A DNA stretch of 49,115 nt from Alphaproteobacteria bacterium. Lineage in GTDB: Bacteria > Pseudomonadota > Alphaproteobacteria > UBA2136 > JAPKEQ01. The stretch lies in contig JAPKEQ010000003.1 of the NCBI GenBank assembly GCA_028821995.1, forward strand, positions 1-49,115, read 5' to 3'. The notes beneath the pieces were generated by a model. It saw nothing but the letters and a program-made list of their open reading frames with translations. It was not told where the DNA came from and did no database searches. Made by a program: the position numbers and the translations under genes. How positions within the stretch are numbered: position 1 is the first letter of the stretch; every line of letters begins with the position of its first letter. Positions 28,881 to 38,804 of this stretch are shown piece after piece.

Positions 28881-30683
28881 ATGACTTTATTTAATAAACT
28901 AGCTGCTGGTTCTGCTTTGGGAGGCCCACTTGCTGCTATTCCCTTTGCTATGCATATGAACATGTCTACACCAGATATGGCGCCTGAGCAAAATGCACAA
29001 AAGCCAGAAAGCCTCTCTACAATTGTACAGCCAGAGCCCATTAGCATGCAGGCTGTAACAACATCCCTGCGCCCCCAAATGCGCCCTGATAACTTAATGG
29101 AGCAACACAGTCTTCCGAGTATTCGCCCCAAGGCAAGGCCGTTTACACTAAGCGCCAGCAACCTTATGAAAGAGGTTTACCAACCTGAAGAATCTGCAAT
29201 GTTACAAGAAAGAATGGAAAAAACCCTTGGTAGAGAAAGCCATGCCGCAGTATTAAACTGGGATGGCATTAACCTTTCTGAGCATTCTCAAGCTGACCTT
29301 GAACGTTTTTTAAATGAGCTTCAAACACTTCAGAAGCACCCGCAAGATAGAGATTTATTCATGGAAATTGCAGAAAGAGTTAAAGATGGCAGCCAGCCTC
29401 TCTCTCATGCAGATCTTGTTAATAAAATTGAAGATAATTACGCCTTTTCTCACCTTTCTCCGCGTAATATCCAAGGAGAATCCGTTGCTGTCTCTCATTA
29501 TGGGGAATTTGATAAAGAAACAAAAATTGCCAATTTCATATCACCTGCCTTACCAATAAGTGAAGCACAGCAATCTGCTGAAAATGAACTTATGGACGAC
29601 TATGTAATGCGCCATGAGAACTGCCACGGGATTGACCCCGCAGTTTATAATTTCAGCGGAGACCATTATGCAAATCCAGAAGTTTTTGATGCTGGCAAAA
29701 CAGCTGAAGGAGAAAATATATCGCTTAAACACAACTATAATATGTATATGGCCGAGCAGTTTGCAGATGCTTGCGCAACGCTAGAATACACCATTGAAAA
29801 TAACCAAGATGGTATTGACCTCATGGAGCGCGCCTCACATTACCGTGATGCCGCAGCCCTTAACAACTTAGAAAGCAGACTCAGAAGTAAAAATTTGCCA
29901 GGCAAAGTGGAAAGAGGCATGCCCATAGGTGTTACTGAATCTATTATCCTTTCTGGGATTGATGGCGATGAGAATACAAAAAGCTACTTTATCCACCATG
30001 ATACTGGGCCAAGCATCCGTGCCATGCTTAAAGTTGGTAGCAGGCTTACAGAACAGCAAAAGGTGGAACTACAAGCAGATCCAGAAAGATTTACAGCGTT
30101 TGTAAAAGACATTATTGAGGATTCATCCCTTACACCTGAAGAATATATGCAACTCCCTAAAGATTTTGCAAAATTAATACATGGGCAAGGCACTGAAATA
30201 TCACCACAGACGCTAGATCTCATTGAGCGTAATTATGATGGAGCTAAAGCTGTTATTGAGCATAACTTGAATATTCCACTTGGCTCCATTAATGACTTAC
30301 GTGAAGCCGCGCCAGATGCCACACATGCCCAAATGAACGAATACATTAAAATACACCTTGATGCCGGCGCGACTTCTTCAGATAAAGGCTCTTTACCAAC
30401 GGGTATGGAGGTTGTTACAAACGACACCCTTCAAAACATGGATACAGAAGATCGTATTATTTATGATAATACCTACGCCATTATGCGCGCAACAGAAGAA
30501 TGGGGCAGCCTTAATATTATAGATCCCCAACTTGCCAATGGCGCTCAAAATGTAGATTTTAGCCAAGTCGCTGCTCACAAGGAAAGTTTTCATAGCCGAA
30601 ATGCTGGGAATTTTTACCGAGAAGCAGGCCATGAACTACAAGAAATTGCAGAGCCTGAGGTAACATTTGAACATGAGCGTTAA
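28881..30683 (+). CDS. Large orphan with HExxH motif, putative metallopeptidase
   Basis: RHENCHG followed by E..AD (AEQFADA); GGAGG SD. Confidence 0.6.
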   Translation: MTLFNKLAAGSALGGPLAAIPFAMHMNMSTPDMAPEQNAQKPESLSTIVQPEPISMQAVTTSLRPQMRPDNLMEQHSLPSIRPKARPFTLSASNLMKEVYQPEESAMLQERMEKTLGRESHAAVLNWDGINLSEHSQADLERFLNELQTLQKHPQDRDLFMEIAERVKDGSQPLSHADLVNKIEDNYAFSHLSPRNIQGESVAVSHYGEFDKETKIANFISPALPISEAQQSAENELMDDYVMRHENCHGIDPAVYNFSGDHYANPEVFDAGKTAEGENISLKHNYNMYMAEQFADACATLEYTIENNQDGIDLMERASHYRDAAALNNLESRLRSKNLPGKVERGMPIGVTESIILSGIDGDENTKSYFIHHDTGPSIRAMLKVGSRLTEQQKVELQADPERFTAFVKDIIEDSSLTPEEYMQLPKDFAKLIHGQGTEISPQTLDLIERNYDGAKAVIEHNLNIPLGSINDLREAAPDATHAQMNEYIKIHLDAGATSSDKGSLPTGMEVVTNDTLQNMDTEDRIIYDNTYAIMRATEEWGSLNIIDPQLANGAQNVDFSQVAAHKESFHSRNAGNFYREAGHELQEIAEPEVTFEHER

Positions 30684-30684
30684 A

Positions 30685-30710
30685 AAACGCCCGTACATAC
30701 GAGCGTTTTT
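30685..30710. terminator. Bidirectional terminator without AANCGA motif
   Basis: AAAAACGCCCGTACATACGAGCGTTTTT. Confidence 0.7.
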
Positions 30711-30738
30711 ATATTTTCAGCTATTTAAAAGTGCTAAA

Positions 30739-31887
30739 TCAAGCAACTTTTAGCTTCACCTTACCTGCACCTGGCGCCACAAGCGTAACCTTGCCAGCTT
30801 TTATCCAAGTTTCAATCGTCTCTTTGCCTTCAAAGCCCATCACTGTGGTTTCTAGCAGACGGTTAGAGATGACATACGGGTCTGCGTTTGCGCCTGGGCG
30901 GCGGTCTTCCATATAGCCATAGCCCTTTGTTGCTACAGGGCGCGGAATACGAATGGACGTTGTACGGTTAGCCGTACCCCAGTTAAACTTGGTCATAGAG
31001 CTTGTTTCGAGTGCGCCAATGAGCCGCTCCCCAAGGCCTTCACCATAATAGTCAACGTGCAGTTTATGGCGTTTTTTAAGCGCTTCGCAGGCTGCCTCAA
31101 TGGTTGCCCAGCCCTTTTTCTCATCGCGCATATCTTTTGTTGAAAAGTTAGTGTGCAGCCCAGCGCCATTCCAGTCGCCTTTTTCTGGCTTGTTATCAAA
31201 TGTAACGGTTACACCTTCAAGTTCTGCAAGGCGGTAAAGCATCCAGCGGGCAATCCAGAGGTGATCGCTCATCGTTAATGGATCAGCTTTTTCACTTTTT
31301 ACGCCGCGGTAACCAATTTGGAACTCCCACTGCCCCGGCATCACTTCTGCGTTAATGCCGTAAAAGCAAAGGCCTGCTTCCATACAAGCAACCATATGGT
31401 CTTCCGCTAGCTCTCTGCCAAATACGTTACTGCTACCAACACCGCAGTAGTACTGACCTTGCGGCGCAGGGTAGCCATTTGTAGGCCAGCCCAGCGGACG
31501 GCCATCTTTGTAAAGCGTGTACTCTTGCTCATAACCAACATAAGCATCTTGTGCATCGCCGCCCATATCCATAAGTGCGCGAAGGCGCGCGCGGTGGTTT
31601 GTTTCATGGGGCGTGCCATCTGCGTTTAAAACTTCGCACAGGGCAAGGTAATTGCCAGGGCCACGGATTGGGTCTTCCACCAAGCACACAGGCTCAATAA
31701 GGCAATCAGAATCTGTACCGCCAGCTTGCATTGTGGATGATCCATCAAAGCTCCACTGCTCAAGGTCAGATAGCGTTAATTCTTTTTCAGTTGGGACAAT
31801 TTTAGTTTTTGAACGAGGCTCTTGCGTTTTACCACCATCTAGCCAGATGTACTCTACTTTTGCGTAATGCATGTGCGTATATTCCAT
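30739..31887 (-). CDS. glnII: Glutamine synthetase type II
   Basis: EYIWLDG, WSFDGSST, GINAEVMPGQWEFQIG, DWNGAGLHTNFST, EDRRPGANADPY. Confidence 0.92.
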   Translation of the reverse strand: MEYTHMHYAKVEYIWLDGGKTQEPRSKTKIVPTEKELTLSDLEQWSFDGSSTMQAGGTDSDCLIEPVCLVEDPIRGPGNYLALCEVLNADGTPHETNHRARLRALMDMGGDAQDAYVGYEQEYTLYKDGRPLGWPTNGYPAPQGQYYCGVGSSNVFGRELAEDHMVACMEAGLCFYGINAEVMPGQWEFQIGYRGVKSEKADPLTMSDHLWIARWMLYRLAELEGVTVTFDNKPEKGDWNGAGLHTNFSTKDMRDEKKGWATIEAACEALKKRHKLHVDYYGEGLGERLIGALETSSMTKFNWGTANRTTSIRIPRPVATKGYGYMEDRRPGANADPYVISNRLLETTVMGFEGKETIETWIKAGKVTLVAPGAGKVKLKVA

Positions 31888-32059
31888 ATTTATTGGTTAT
31901 TATTTAGGAAAGTTTTGTTTATAGATACATGCCGCTAAAATAAAAAATCCGCACTCGGCTGCTCATATATACATACCTTCTTACGGAATTATATTCTACG
32001 CCTTCCCTGCTCTCTTTGCACGAAAAAAAAGAGTAAGGACAACCCCTCACTCTTTTTTA

Positions 32060-32902
32060 TTATCGCTTATGGCGCTTCACAATGCGCCTTGCTTCGGTGT
32101 ATTCGTAGCCAGATCCAAGCAGATAGATCAAAGCTTCCCGGTTACGCCGGTTTTGCAAAAGCCTTATTTTTTGGCTTCCACTATTACGCAAAATTTGACG
32201 GGCCACCTGTTCATGATCTTCTTGTGCAAGGTAGCGCCAAAGTTTGGTTGAACCGCTTACAAACACAGGATTATTATAATCCAACGAGATGAGTGCTTGC
32301 AGTTGCTGAGCACTTAGCACAACACCGTCTTTTTCGGCTCTCTCTAAAATACGCCTTTTGGCCTTTTCAATCTGCTGATCTAGCAAATTAAAAGACTGCG
32401 CGCAATTGAGAGAACAGACATCATCTTCATGAGAAAGAGGACAATAATTTAAGGCCTTTTTTCTGCGTTTTGCATACAAGCTTTCTAGCGGGCTTGTGCT
32501 GTAGGCTTTTGCGCAAAATTTTGCACGGTCAGCACGCAGCACAGTTTGCAGGTCACGGTAGGTGCGAGACTGGCGCCTAACGCCCATATCGTAGCCAAAA
32601 CCATGCGTGCAGCCACTTTTAAAGCCAGGATAATGCGGATGAACGCGCGTTGCGACAGGTGCAGCAGCGCACTGGTTCATAAGCTGGCGATGCTCAAACC
32701 TTGCCACAAAATCACGCTCTTCTGGCGTCACATCGTAATCTGGAAGTAGCCTGCGGCCGTAGCGTTCTAGCTGGTACGCAGAATATTCTGGCATGTTTTG
32801 TTGCATCCAAAGGGTATTAAAATGATAGTAAAGCGGTGCACTATTTGCAGATTGCAGAAACAAAGAAAACATCAGGAAAACAGCAGTTAAGGCAGCTTTC
32901 AT
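32060..32902 (-). CDS. Secreted lysozyme-like protein (GH24/pesticin C-terminal type)
   Basis: Signal peptide; SGCTHGFGYDMG, QALISLDYN, LQNRRNREA. Confidence 0.65.
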   Translation of the reverse strand: MKAALTAVFLMFSLFLQSANSAPLYYHFNTLWMQQNMPEYSAYQLERYGRRLLPDYDVTPEERDFVARFEHRQLMNQCAAAPVATRVHPHYPGFKSGCTHGFGYDMGVRRQSRTYRDLQTVLRADRAKFCAKAYSTSPLESLYAKRRKKALNYCPLSHEDDVCSLNCAQSFNLLDQQIEKAKRRILERAEKDGVVLSAQQLQALISLDYNNPVFVSGSTKLWRYLAQEDHEQVARQILRNSGSQKIRLLQNRRNREALIYLLGSGYEYTEARRIVKRHKR

Positions 32903-33159
32903 TGCTAAACTCCTGGTAAAAGAAACCACAGATTCAATTGTTAAAATAAGTGTATATATGGATATTTCTGCCAGCAAGTCATTTTTTAATTCTGGAAAAA
33001 CTTATATTATGCCCTATAAGTAAGGGATAAGCTGTTCGGGAATTTAAAAGTTGCCTGAATGGCAAACCTACCGTACCGCTTTACACCTGTCTTGAGGCAG
33101 GATTCGTTGCACCGTTCTGGTGTATTTATACTTTCATCGCGTAAAAGGAAAACCTAAAG

Positions 33160-33642
33160 ATGAAAACTGTACGTATCTTCGCAATCGGCGCCGTTGTCTC
33201 TGCTTTTTGCTGGGCACAAATCGGCACACTCCTTAACAAAGGAGAAATGCTCCCGATTACCCAAACGCCAGCGTATTACGCTGGCATGCTGGAAAGCTTT
33301 GACAACAAGTACGACGTGAGAGATCGCGTTGGCACTTGGGCTGACCGCGAAGGCCGCAAACTGCGCATGACCGCAACCAAAAATATGAATGAAGTAGGTG
33401 CTTACCTGTCCTCTTTCACCGTTTGGAATGCTGCCGCTGAAGAGGTGGATGGCAAGGAATCTGGCGGTGAGACTTTCACCCGCAAGGTGACTGAAAGCAC
33501 TGCTATTGAAAAGTCTCTGCGTCCGAACATGCGCCCTTGGACAGAGCTTGCGCCAATGACGTCAAAGCGCCCAGAAGCGCGGCCAGACAATTTGGCTCAG
33601 GATTTTGCAATCCGCAAGGCCATTGCTGAAGCTGGCGAATAA
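33160..33642 (+). CDS. Orphan exported protein with SxRPxxRP motifs
   Basis: N-terminal hydrophobic segment; AATCGA plus terminator 33661-33690. Confidence 0.65.
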   Translation: MKTVRIFAIGAVVSAFCWAQIGTLLNKGEMLPITQTPAYYAGMLESFDNKYDVRDRVGTWADREGRKLRMTATKNMNEVGAYLSSFTVWNAAAEEVDGKESGGETFTRKVTESTAIEKSLRPNMRPWTELAPMTSKRPEARPDNLAQDFAIRKAIAEAGE

Positions 33643-33764
33643 ATCGAAAAAAAGTATTTTAGAGGGCACTTAACGGTGCCCTCTTTTTTTGTTGTGTATA
33701 GCGCCCCTTCCCTTTATAAGAAGGCATCACTTACCCACTCTTTCCTTTTTCTATGGAGATAACT

Positions 33765-34382
33765 ATGACCAACCTTCCTGCTAATCTTGCTGTTGATAGC
33801 CTGATTGCAAACCCTGCTGCCGCCGTTTATATCTGCGATGTAGGCTTTGCTTATGTGATGTATGATGGCCTTGAAGAACCCATGCTTATTGGCACAAATG
33901 AAAGCCGTTATGTGCGGCAAAGCCTGAACCTTGGTACAATGGAACGCGTGCTGAGTGACATTTACCAGTCGGATAAGTTTCCACTGGGTACTTTGGTTGC
34001 TGTTGCAAACACCGAAGCTGCTACACCACCAGAGCTGCTTTACAGCGCAGAGCTTGCCAAAAGCTTTAACATGTACGAGCAGTTGGTTTTGCAAAAGCAT
34101 CTGCATATTCCAGAATGGAATTTTGGCCCGTTAGGCATTCAACATATTTTGAACCCGGAGCAGCATAAACGACTTACAGAGTACTGCTGGTTAACTAACT
34201 CTGGTTCTGGTCATGTGGATTTCAAACCCATGACGCAGCATGAAATCAAAGGCGTAGAGAGCCTGCTTCAATCTGGCGTTTTTGCTGAAAGCCCAAAAGA
34301 GCAATCTTTCCATAACATTCGCCTTGCGGATGTGAATCCAGATACAACTAAAATCCCTCCCTATACAGGTTGGGGCACTTAA
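33765..34382 (+). CDS. Orphan protein
   Basis: Pyrimidine leader, TATGGAG; AAACGA plus terminator 34390-34419. Confidence 0.7.
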   Translation: MTNLPANLAVDSLIANPAAAVYICDVGFAYVMYDGLEEPMLIGTNESRYVRQSLNLGTMERVLSDIYQSDKFPLGTLVAVANTEAATPPELLYSAELAKSFNMYEQLVLQKHLHIPEWNFGPLGIQHILNPEQHKRLTEYCWLTNSGSGHVDFKPMTQHEIKGVESLLQSGVFAESPKEQSFHNIRLADVNPDTTKIPPYTGWGT

Positions 34383-34503
34383 ACGATTCAAAAAGGCGGG
34401 TTTATCCCTGCCTTTTTTTGTTGCAGGCAGAAAATGAGGGGCGTATAACTTTTTCTATCAATCCTCTCCCTTCCCTTTTTTATCCTTAATACGGAGATTA
34501 AGC

Positions 34504-35094
34504 ATGTTCACATCTGACGAACGAGATTTCATGGTGGTTTACCACCGCCAAATCAACAAAAAACCATCTCCCTCTCTTCCTCATGCTACAATTGCTGATG
34601 AAAATTCCTATCAACATGCTGAGTTTGTGTGGAGTTTTTACGCAGGTATGGGCAACACTGATTTTATGGATATGCAAGCCGGTCATATTCGTGGGCTGAA
34701 AAGCCTTATTGAAAAAGGCTTTGCCAGTATTACAGAGCGCTCTAACTATATGAGCTTCACCTACCACAACATTGTAGTTCACCTTGATCGCATTCTTGCT
34801 CTTTGCCCCAAAGGGCGCCGAGATGTACCCGCTTATGTGATGATTCTTAACGGTTTGCATAGTGAAAATCTCAGCATCTTTAAAAACAGCCGCCGCGCTG
34901 CTTTTGTAGATACCCTTAGCGGAAAAAGGCTTGCTTACCGTATGTCTCATGCTGAAGAAAATGCCTTGAAATTTCTTCTAAATACTGGGTTTCTAGTAGA
35001 AACCATAGAGCAAAAACATATCATGGGCTCTAAAATGCAGCAGGTGATTCTAGCATCTCAGTCTATGCCGAAGGACCTTCCTGTTCCAAATTAA
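34504..35094 (+). CDS. Orphan protein sharing a repeat with 33765-34382
   Basis: Pyrimidine leader, GGAG; AATCGA plus terminator 35107-35133. Confidence 0.7.
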   Translation: MFTSDERDFMVVYHRQINKKPSPSLPHATIADENSYQHAEFVWSFYAGMGNTDFMDMQAGHIRGLKSLIEKGFASITERSNYMSFTYHNIVVHLDRILALCPKGRRDVPAYVMILNGLHSENLSIFKNSRRAAFVDTLSGKRLAYRMSHAEENALKFLLNTGFLVETIEQKHIMGSKMQQVILASQSMPKDLPVPN

Positions 35095-35174
35095 ATCGAA
35101 ACACCGACCGCCCCTTGAATGGGGCGGTTTTTTATGTAATCCTATAAGAAACTATAAAGAATGGGCCTTTAATT

Positions 35175-35576
35175 ATGTATGCACTGCTTTCTGCTTTAAT
35201 GGTATTTATTTCGCTTCCTGCGCTTGCTGATGATCCTAAACATACAGAAGACCGCCACGCGATGGTGACAGATATTCAGCTTATGGACCCATGCAAACGC
35301 TTAGAGCATAAAGCTCAAAAAGGCTGGGCAAAAGCTATAGAAAACAAAGAAAAAATTGCCAAAGGATGCACTATGGCTAAATATAATTGCCAAATAGCAC
35401 AAAAAAACTTCAGCCCTATTCTTGATGCCTACCAAGCTATTATGAAACGTTGCGAGCGCGGTGAAAAGCTTTCTATGCGTGACATAAATGAACTTCCAGA
35501 GTTTTCACCAAAAGGAAATGGTATGTTTTGCTGCTTTGGCTTTCAGGCTCCTGATCTAAAGGAAATTAAAGAATAA
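35175..35576 (+). CDS. Cys-rich secreted hypothetical protein
   Basis: Signal peptide ending ALA; six Cys. Confidence 0.65.
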   Translation: MYALLSALMVFISLPALADDPKHTEDRHAMVTDIQLMDPCKRLEHKAQKGWAKAIENKEKIAKGCTMAKYNCQIAQKNFSPILDAYQAIMKRCERGEKLSMRDINELPEFSPKGNGMFCCFGFQAPDLKEIKE

Positions 35577-35600
35577 AGAGGCTTATTTTTCGTATAAAAA

Positions 35601-35978
35601 TTAAGCTGTACAGCCATTACCGCGCCAACGCACACTTTCAATAAGACCGTTTGGCAGAATAACAAATCGATATTCACAACGCTCACTTCTTAGCCTTGGT
35701 TGTTTATGACCATGACGCACAGGCTTTATAGTACCGTCTATATTTTTATAAGAGACATATCCCTGCTCGCCTGGCTTTTTAGTTGTGCGGTTATATTGGT
35801 AAAGGTAAACCTCTCTATCCTTTGCAAAAGGCTGCACCATTGCAGGACGCCCCCACGCCACAAGAAGTTCTTCGCTATGCTTACCTTTCCAGTTTTTAAG
35901 CTGTGCCTCGTAAATTGCTTGCTGCATAGCGCAGCCAGAAAGAGAAAGAGCGATAAAAAAAGTCATTACATATTTCAT
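35601..35978 (-). CDS. Lipoprotein
   Basis: Lipobox LSGC; W.G....L..WG.P and C...F...G..C pattern. Confidence 0.7.
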   Translation of the reverse strand: MKYVMTFFIALSLSGCAMQQAIYEAQLKNWKGKHSEELLVAWGRPAMVQPFAKDREVYLYQYNRTTKKPGEQGYVSYKNIDGTIKPVRHGHKQPRLRSERCEYRFVILPNGLIESVRWRGNGCTA

Positions 35979-36134
35979 ATATTTATAATGCGGTATTTGG
36001 CGTGCTCTCACAAGAATTTTTAGTAAATTTAAGCGGGCTCTACTGTCATTGAAAATACATGTAAAGAGCAGTAAAGCCTGCTTAAACGCATAACACCCTC
36101 CATTTCTGGAGGGTGTTATGTTTCGTTTTCGTGT

Positions 36135-37004
36135 TTATGATCCGCAAGGATCAGAAGGATGAACCACTGAACCAATGACAATCGCAAGATCATCATGGTC
36201 AGGCTTGCGGCGAAGCTCTCCAAGGAGTTCTTCCAAGTAGCCATCAACGCCTTCATCAATGATACTGGTTGCAATAGCATCCACATCTTGAGGATTTGTA
36301 TCGTACGGCCAAGCAGCACCATCTGTGAAGACAATAAAGCCAGCAACATCTTTCATATGTCCTTCACCAGACCATTCAGAGGAGAGCATGAAGCTTTCAA
36401 AGCTTTTTTCACCGTTAAGAACAGGGAAAGAAACATTGTGCTGAGTCACACGCTTTTCATACAGCTCTTTTAGAATGGGGTGATTGATATCAAGTGAACG
36501 CCCTTCTTTGCGCTCAAGCTCTTCACGAATCATTTGACGTTCAGCTTCAAAGCGTGTGCCAGCAATGTGCTTGCGCAACACTTCAACGTTGCCATCATTG
36601 TCATAAATGATAATTTGGCAATTTCCAGCAATAGCCCAAGTATAGGTTTCATCTTCATGAACCCGAACAAGAGCACCGGCCGCCATAGGCAAATGATGCT
36701 TGGGTAGCCCCTCTGGTGTACGTGAGGCAATGAGTTTATTAGCTTCGCAAAGCAAATCGGCTGCTGAACCTTCTCCGCTTCCCAAAATGGCAACTTCAAC
36801 AGCAAGTTCACAAACTTTGGCAGCATATGTGCCAGCTGAAAAACGGTTATCTTGGAAGCGTGGGGCGTCATCGGTGCTAGAAGCACCATCAAACACCATC
36901 AGCATATCTTCGGTTGCGTCAGCACGGTCTCCGCAATCCAGCTTAGGCTGGCCTGCTTTAAAACCATGAATAACGGTAACCGATCTATCAACAAGTTTAA
37001 CCAT
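36135..37004 (-). CDS. PP2C-like phosphatase domain protein
   Basis: CGD, VFDGAS, AGNC, FTDG, DHDDLAIV; terminator 36089-36120. Confidence 0.65.
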   Translation of the reverse strand: MVKLVDRSVTVIHGFKAGQPKLDCGDRADATEDMLMVFDGASSTDDAPRFQDNRFSAGTYAAKVCELAVEVAILGSGEGSAADLLCEANKLIASRTPEGLPKHHLPMAAGALVRVHEDETYTWAIAGNCQIIIYDNDGNVEVLRKHIAGTRFEAERQMIREELERKEGRSLDINHPILKELYEKRVTQHNVSFPVLNGEKSFESFMLSSEWSGEGHMKDVAGFIVFTDGAAWPYDTNPQDVDAIATSIIDEGVDGYLEELLGELRRKPDHDDLAIVIGSVVHPSDPCGS

Positions 37005-37215
37005 GTTGATACCCTTTTCTTTTAAGGAAGCATTCTTTACTGAGTGGCATAAAGAATACTTCAGTGACAGTTTATTTAGAAACCATGGAAGCAGACCCAT
37101 GGGCTAGAATTAAAGGAAAGATAAGGTTTCATTAACCAACAACATATGGGGCACAAGAAAGCCCCCGTCAAGGGGGGCAAATCACTTTTCTCTAACTTGT
37201 ATGTATTACAAAACC

Positions 37216-37683
37216 TTAAGAGGCTTTTGTTTCTGTATCTTTTTTAGACTGCCAAGCATCAATGATTGTTTTCATCTGTCCGCGTACAACATCATTAATA
37301 TTTACAAAACCTTCAAGATTTCCGCTTTCACTTACGACAGGTAAACAACGAATTTTATGCAAGTTCATTGCTCTAAGCGCCTCTTCCAGCGTATCACTAG
37401 GGCGGCAACATACAAGATCTACTGCCATAACATCGCCAGCTTTCATGCTCATAATGCCTTCACCATGCTTACGGATAGCATGAATCACATCGTACTCTGT
37501 AATAATACCCATGGCTTTATTAGAGTTTGCACGCACAAGAACTGCACTCGCGTGCTTATTAAAAATAAGGTTCGCAATATCAAATACGCTATCTGCTGTA
37601 TTTGCCACTTCAATCAGGTCTGTTCCCTTACCGAGAATAGATTTAATTAAGTTAATATCATTATGGTTTTGCGACTTTGCCAT
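37216..37683 (-). CDS. CBS-pair protein
   Basis: GIITEYDV, DVM..LVCC.P.D, AL..M..HKIR.LPVV..G.V...D. Confidence 0.85.
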   Translation of the reverse strand: MAKSQNHNDINLIKSILGKGTDLIEVANTADSVFDIANLIFNKHASAVLVRANSNKAMGIITEYDVIHAIRKHGEGIMSMKAGDVMAVDLVCCRPSDTLEEALRAMNLHKIRCLPVVSESGNLEGFVNINDVVRGQMKTIIDAWQSKKDTETKAS

Positions 37684-37729
37684 TATGTTTTTTTTGTTCT
37701 TTCTTATGCGGGTCTAACGGGTTTAAAGG

Positions 37730-38062
37730 TTAAAACCTTGAAACTGTGCGAATAAGCTGTGCATTGGCTAGCTTTTCAATATCACTGTAATTAATACGGT
37801 TCACTTTTTTACGAAGGCGACGTTCTAAATACTCTACAGTATGGTAAAACACTTCCCTTTTAAAGGCTTCAATAATGCGTGGATTACCGTGCATATTAAT
37901 TTTCCACCCAACATTATTTTCTTTTGTTTCACAAATAGTAACACGAATTTCACAGCGCAAAGAATGAGAAAAGCGAATTTCCTCTTCCCGAGACTGCGGA
38001 TCAGTGTAATAAATGAGTTCATCACTAAAAGTTGCTGTTTGCATAGCACTCTCTTTATTCAA
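37730..38062 (-). CDS. Unknown ~105-aa protein upstream of the CBS gene
   Basis: Full-length similarity to 46545-46850. Confidence 0.75.
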   Translation of the reverse strand: MNKESAMQTATFSDELIYYTDPQSREEEIRFSHSLRCEIRVTICETKENNVGWKINMHGNPRIIEAFKREVFYHTVEYLERRLRKKVNRINYSDIEKLANAQLIRTVSRF

Positions 38063-38159
38063 TATAATTTACCTAAACGTCATACCACTATCTTATGAGC
38101 TTTCCTATAAGGATTTCGACAAAAACCTGACATTTTAAAAGAGAACATTCTCTTTTGTA

Positions 38160-38804
38160 TCAAACCTCTGTTGCAAAATGAGCTTTAATATAAGATTTTT
38201 CTTGTACAGTTGTAAGGGTTTGTGATGTGTTCGAAAATCGGACATAGAGCTTAGGCCTATCATTTCGCCATACCATAAACACAGGGTTAGGGCTTGGCCT
38301 CACTGCCACAACACAGACTGACTTACCTTCAACCTTTACAAATTTTATTTTTAAAAGCCGCGGATCAAAAGTATCCAAGCAATCACTGCACAACTTTAAA
38401 AGTTCAGCCTTAAAGGTTTCTTCATCTCCATTTAGTAACCCATAATCTTTTTCAAGGCCAAAGACGTTTTTATTATCTTCAACACCTACAAGTAACACAC
38501 CGCCATCTGCATTCATGAATGAGGCAATTGCCCGCGGCGGCGCTTTACGGATATGTTTATTAGGCTTGTTTTCAAGCACACCCCAAGCAAGTGAGCTTTT
38601 AAACTCCAGCACCTGAGATTCACGCTGCTTTAAAAGCTCATTAATAGGGAGAGATTGCCATTTGTCATCTACAACTCTTGGCCAGCCAGGGATAAGAGGT
38701 ACAAAGCTTGGCATACGCACACTGCGAATGCACTTGCGGCCATCCATATAGTGAATTTTACGTTCTGTGTAATCAAATTTACGGCGTGGAATTTTGAGTG
38801 CCAT
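38160..38804 (-). CDS. AlbA_2/Schlafen-like domain protein
   Basis: ESQVLEFKSS, IASFMNADGGVLLVGVEDN, LYVR...SQ. Confidence 0.8.
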   Translation of the reverse strand: MALKIPRRKFDYTERKIHYMDGRKCIRSVRMPSFVPLIPGWPRVVDDKWQSLPINELLKQRESQVLEFKSSLAWGVLENKPNKHIRKAPPRAIASFMNADGGVLLVGVEDNKNVFGLEKDYGLLNGDEETFKAELLKLCSDCLDTFDPRLLKIKFVKVEGKSVCVVAVRPSPNPVFMVWRNDRPKLYVRFSNTSQTLTTVQEKSYIKAHFATEV

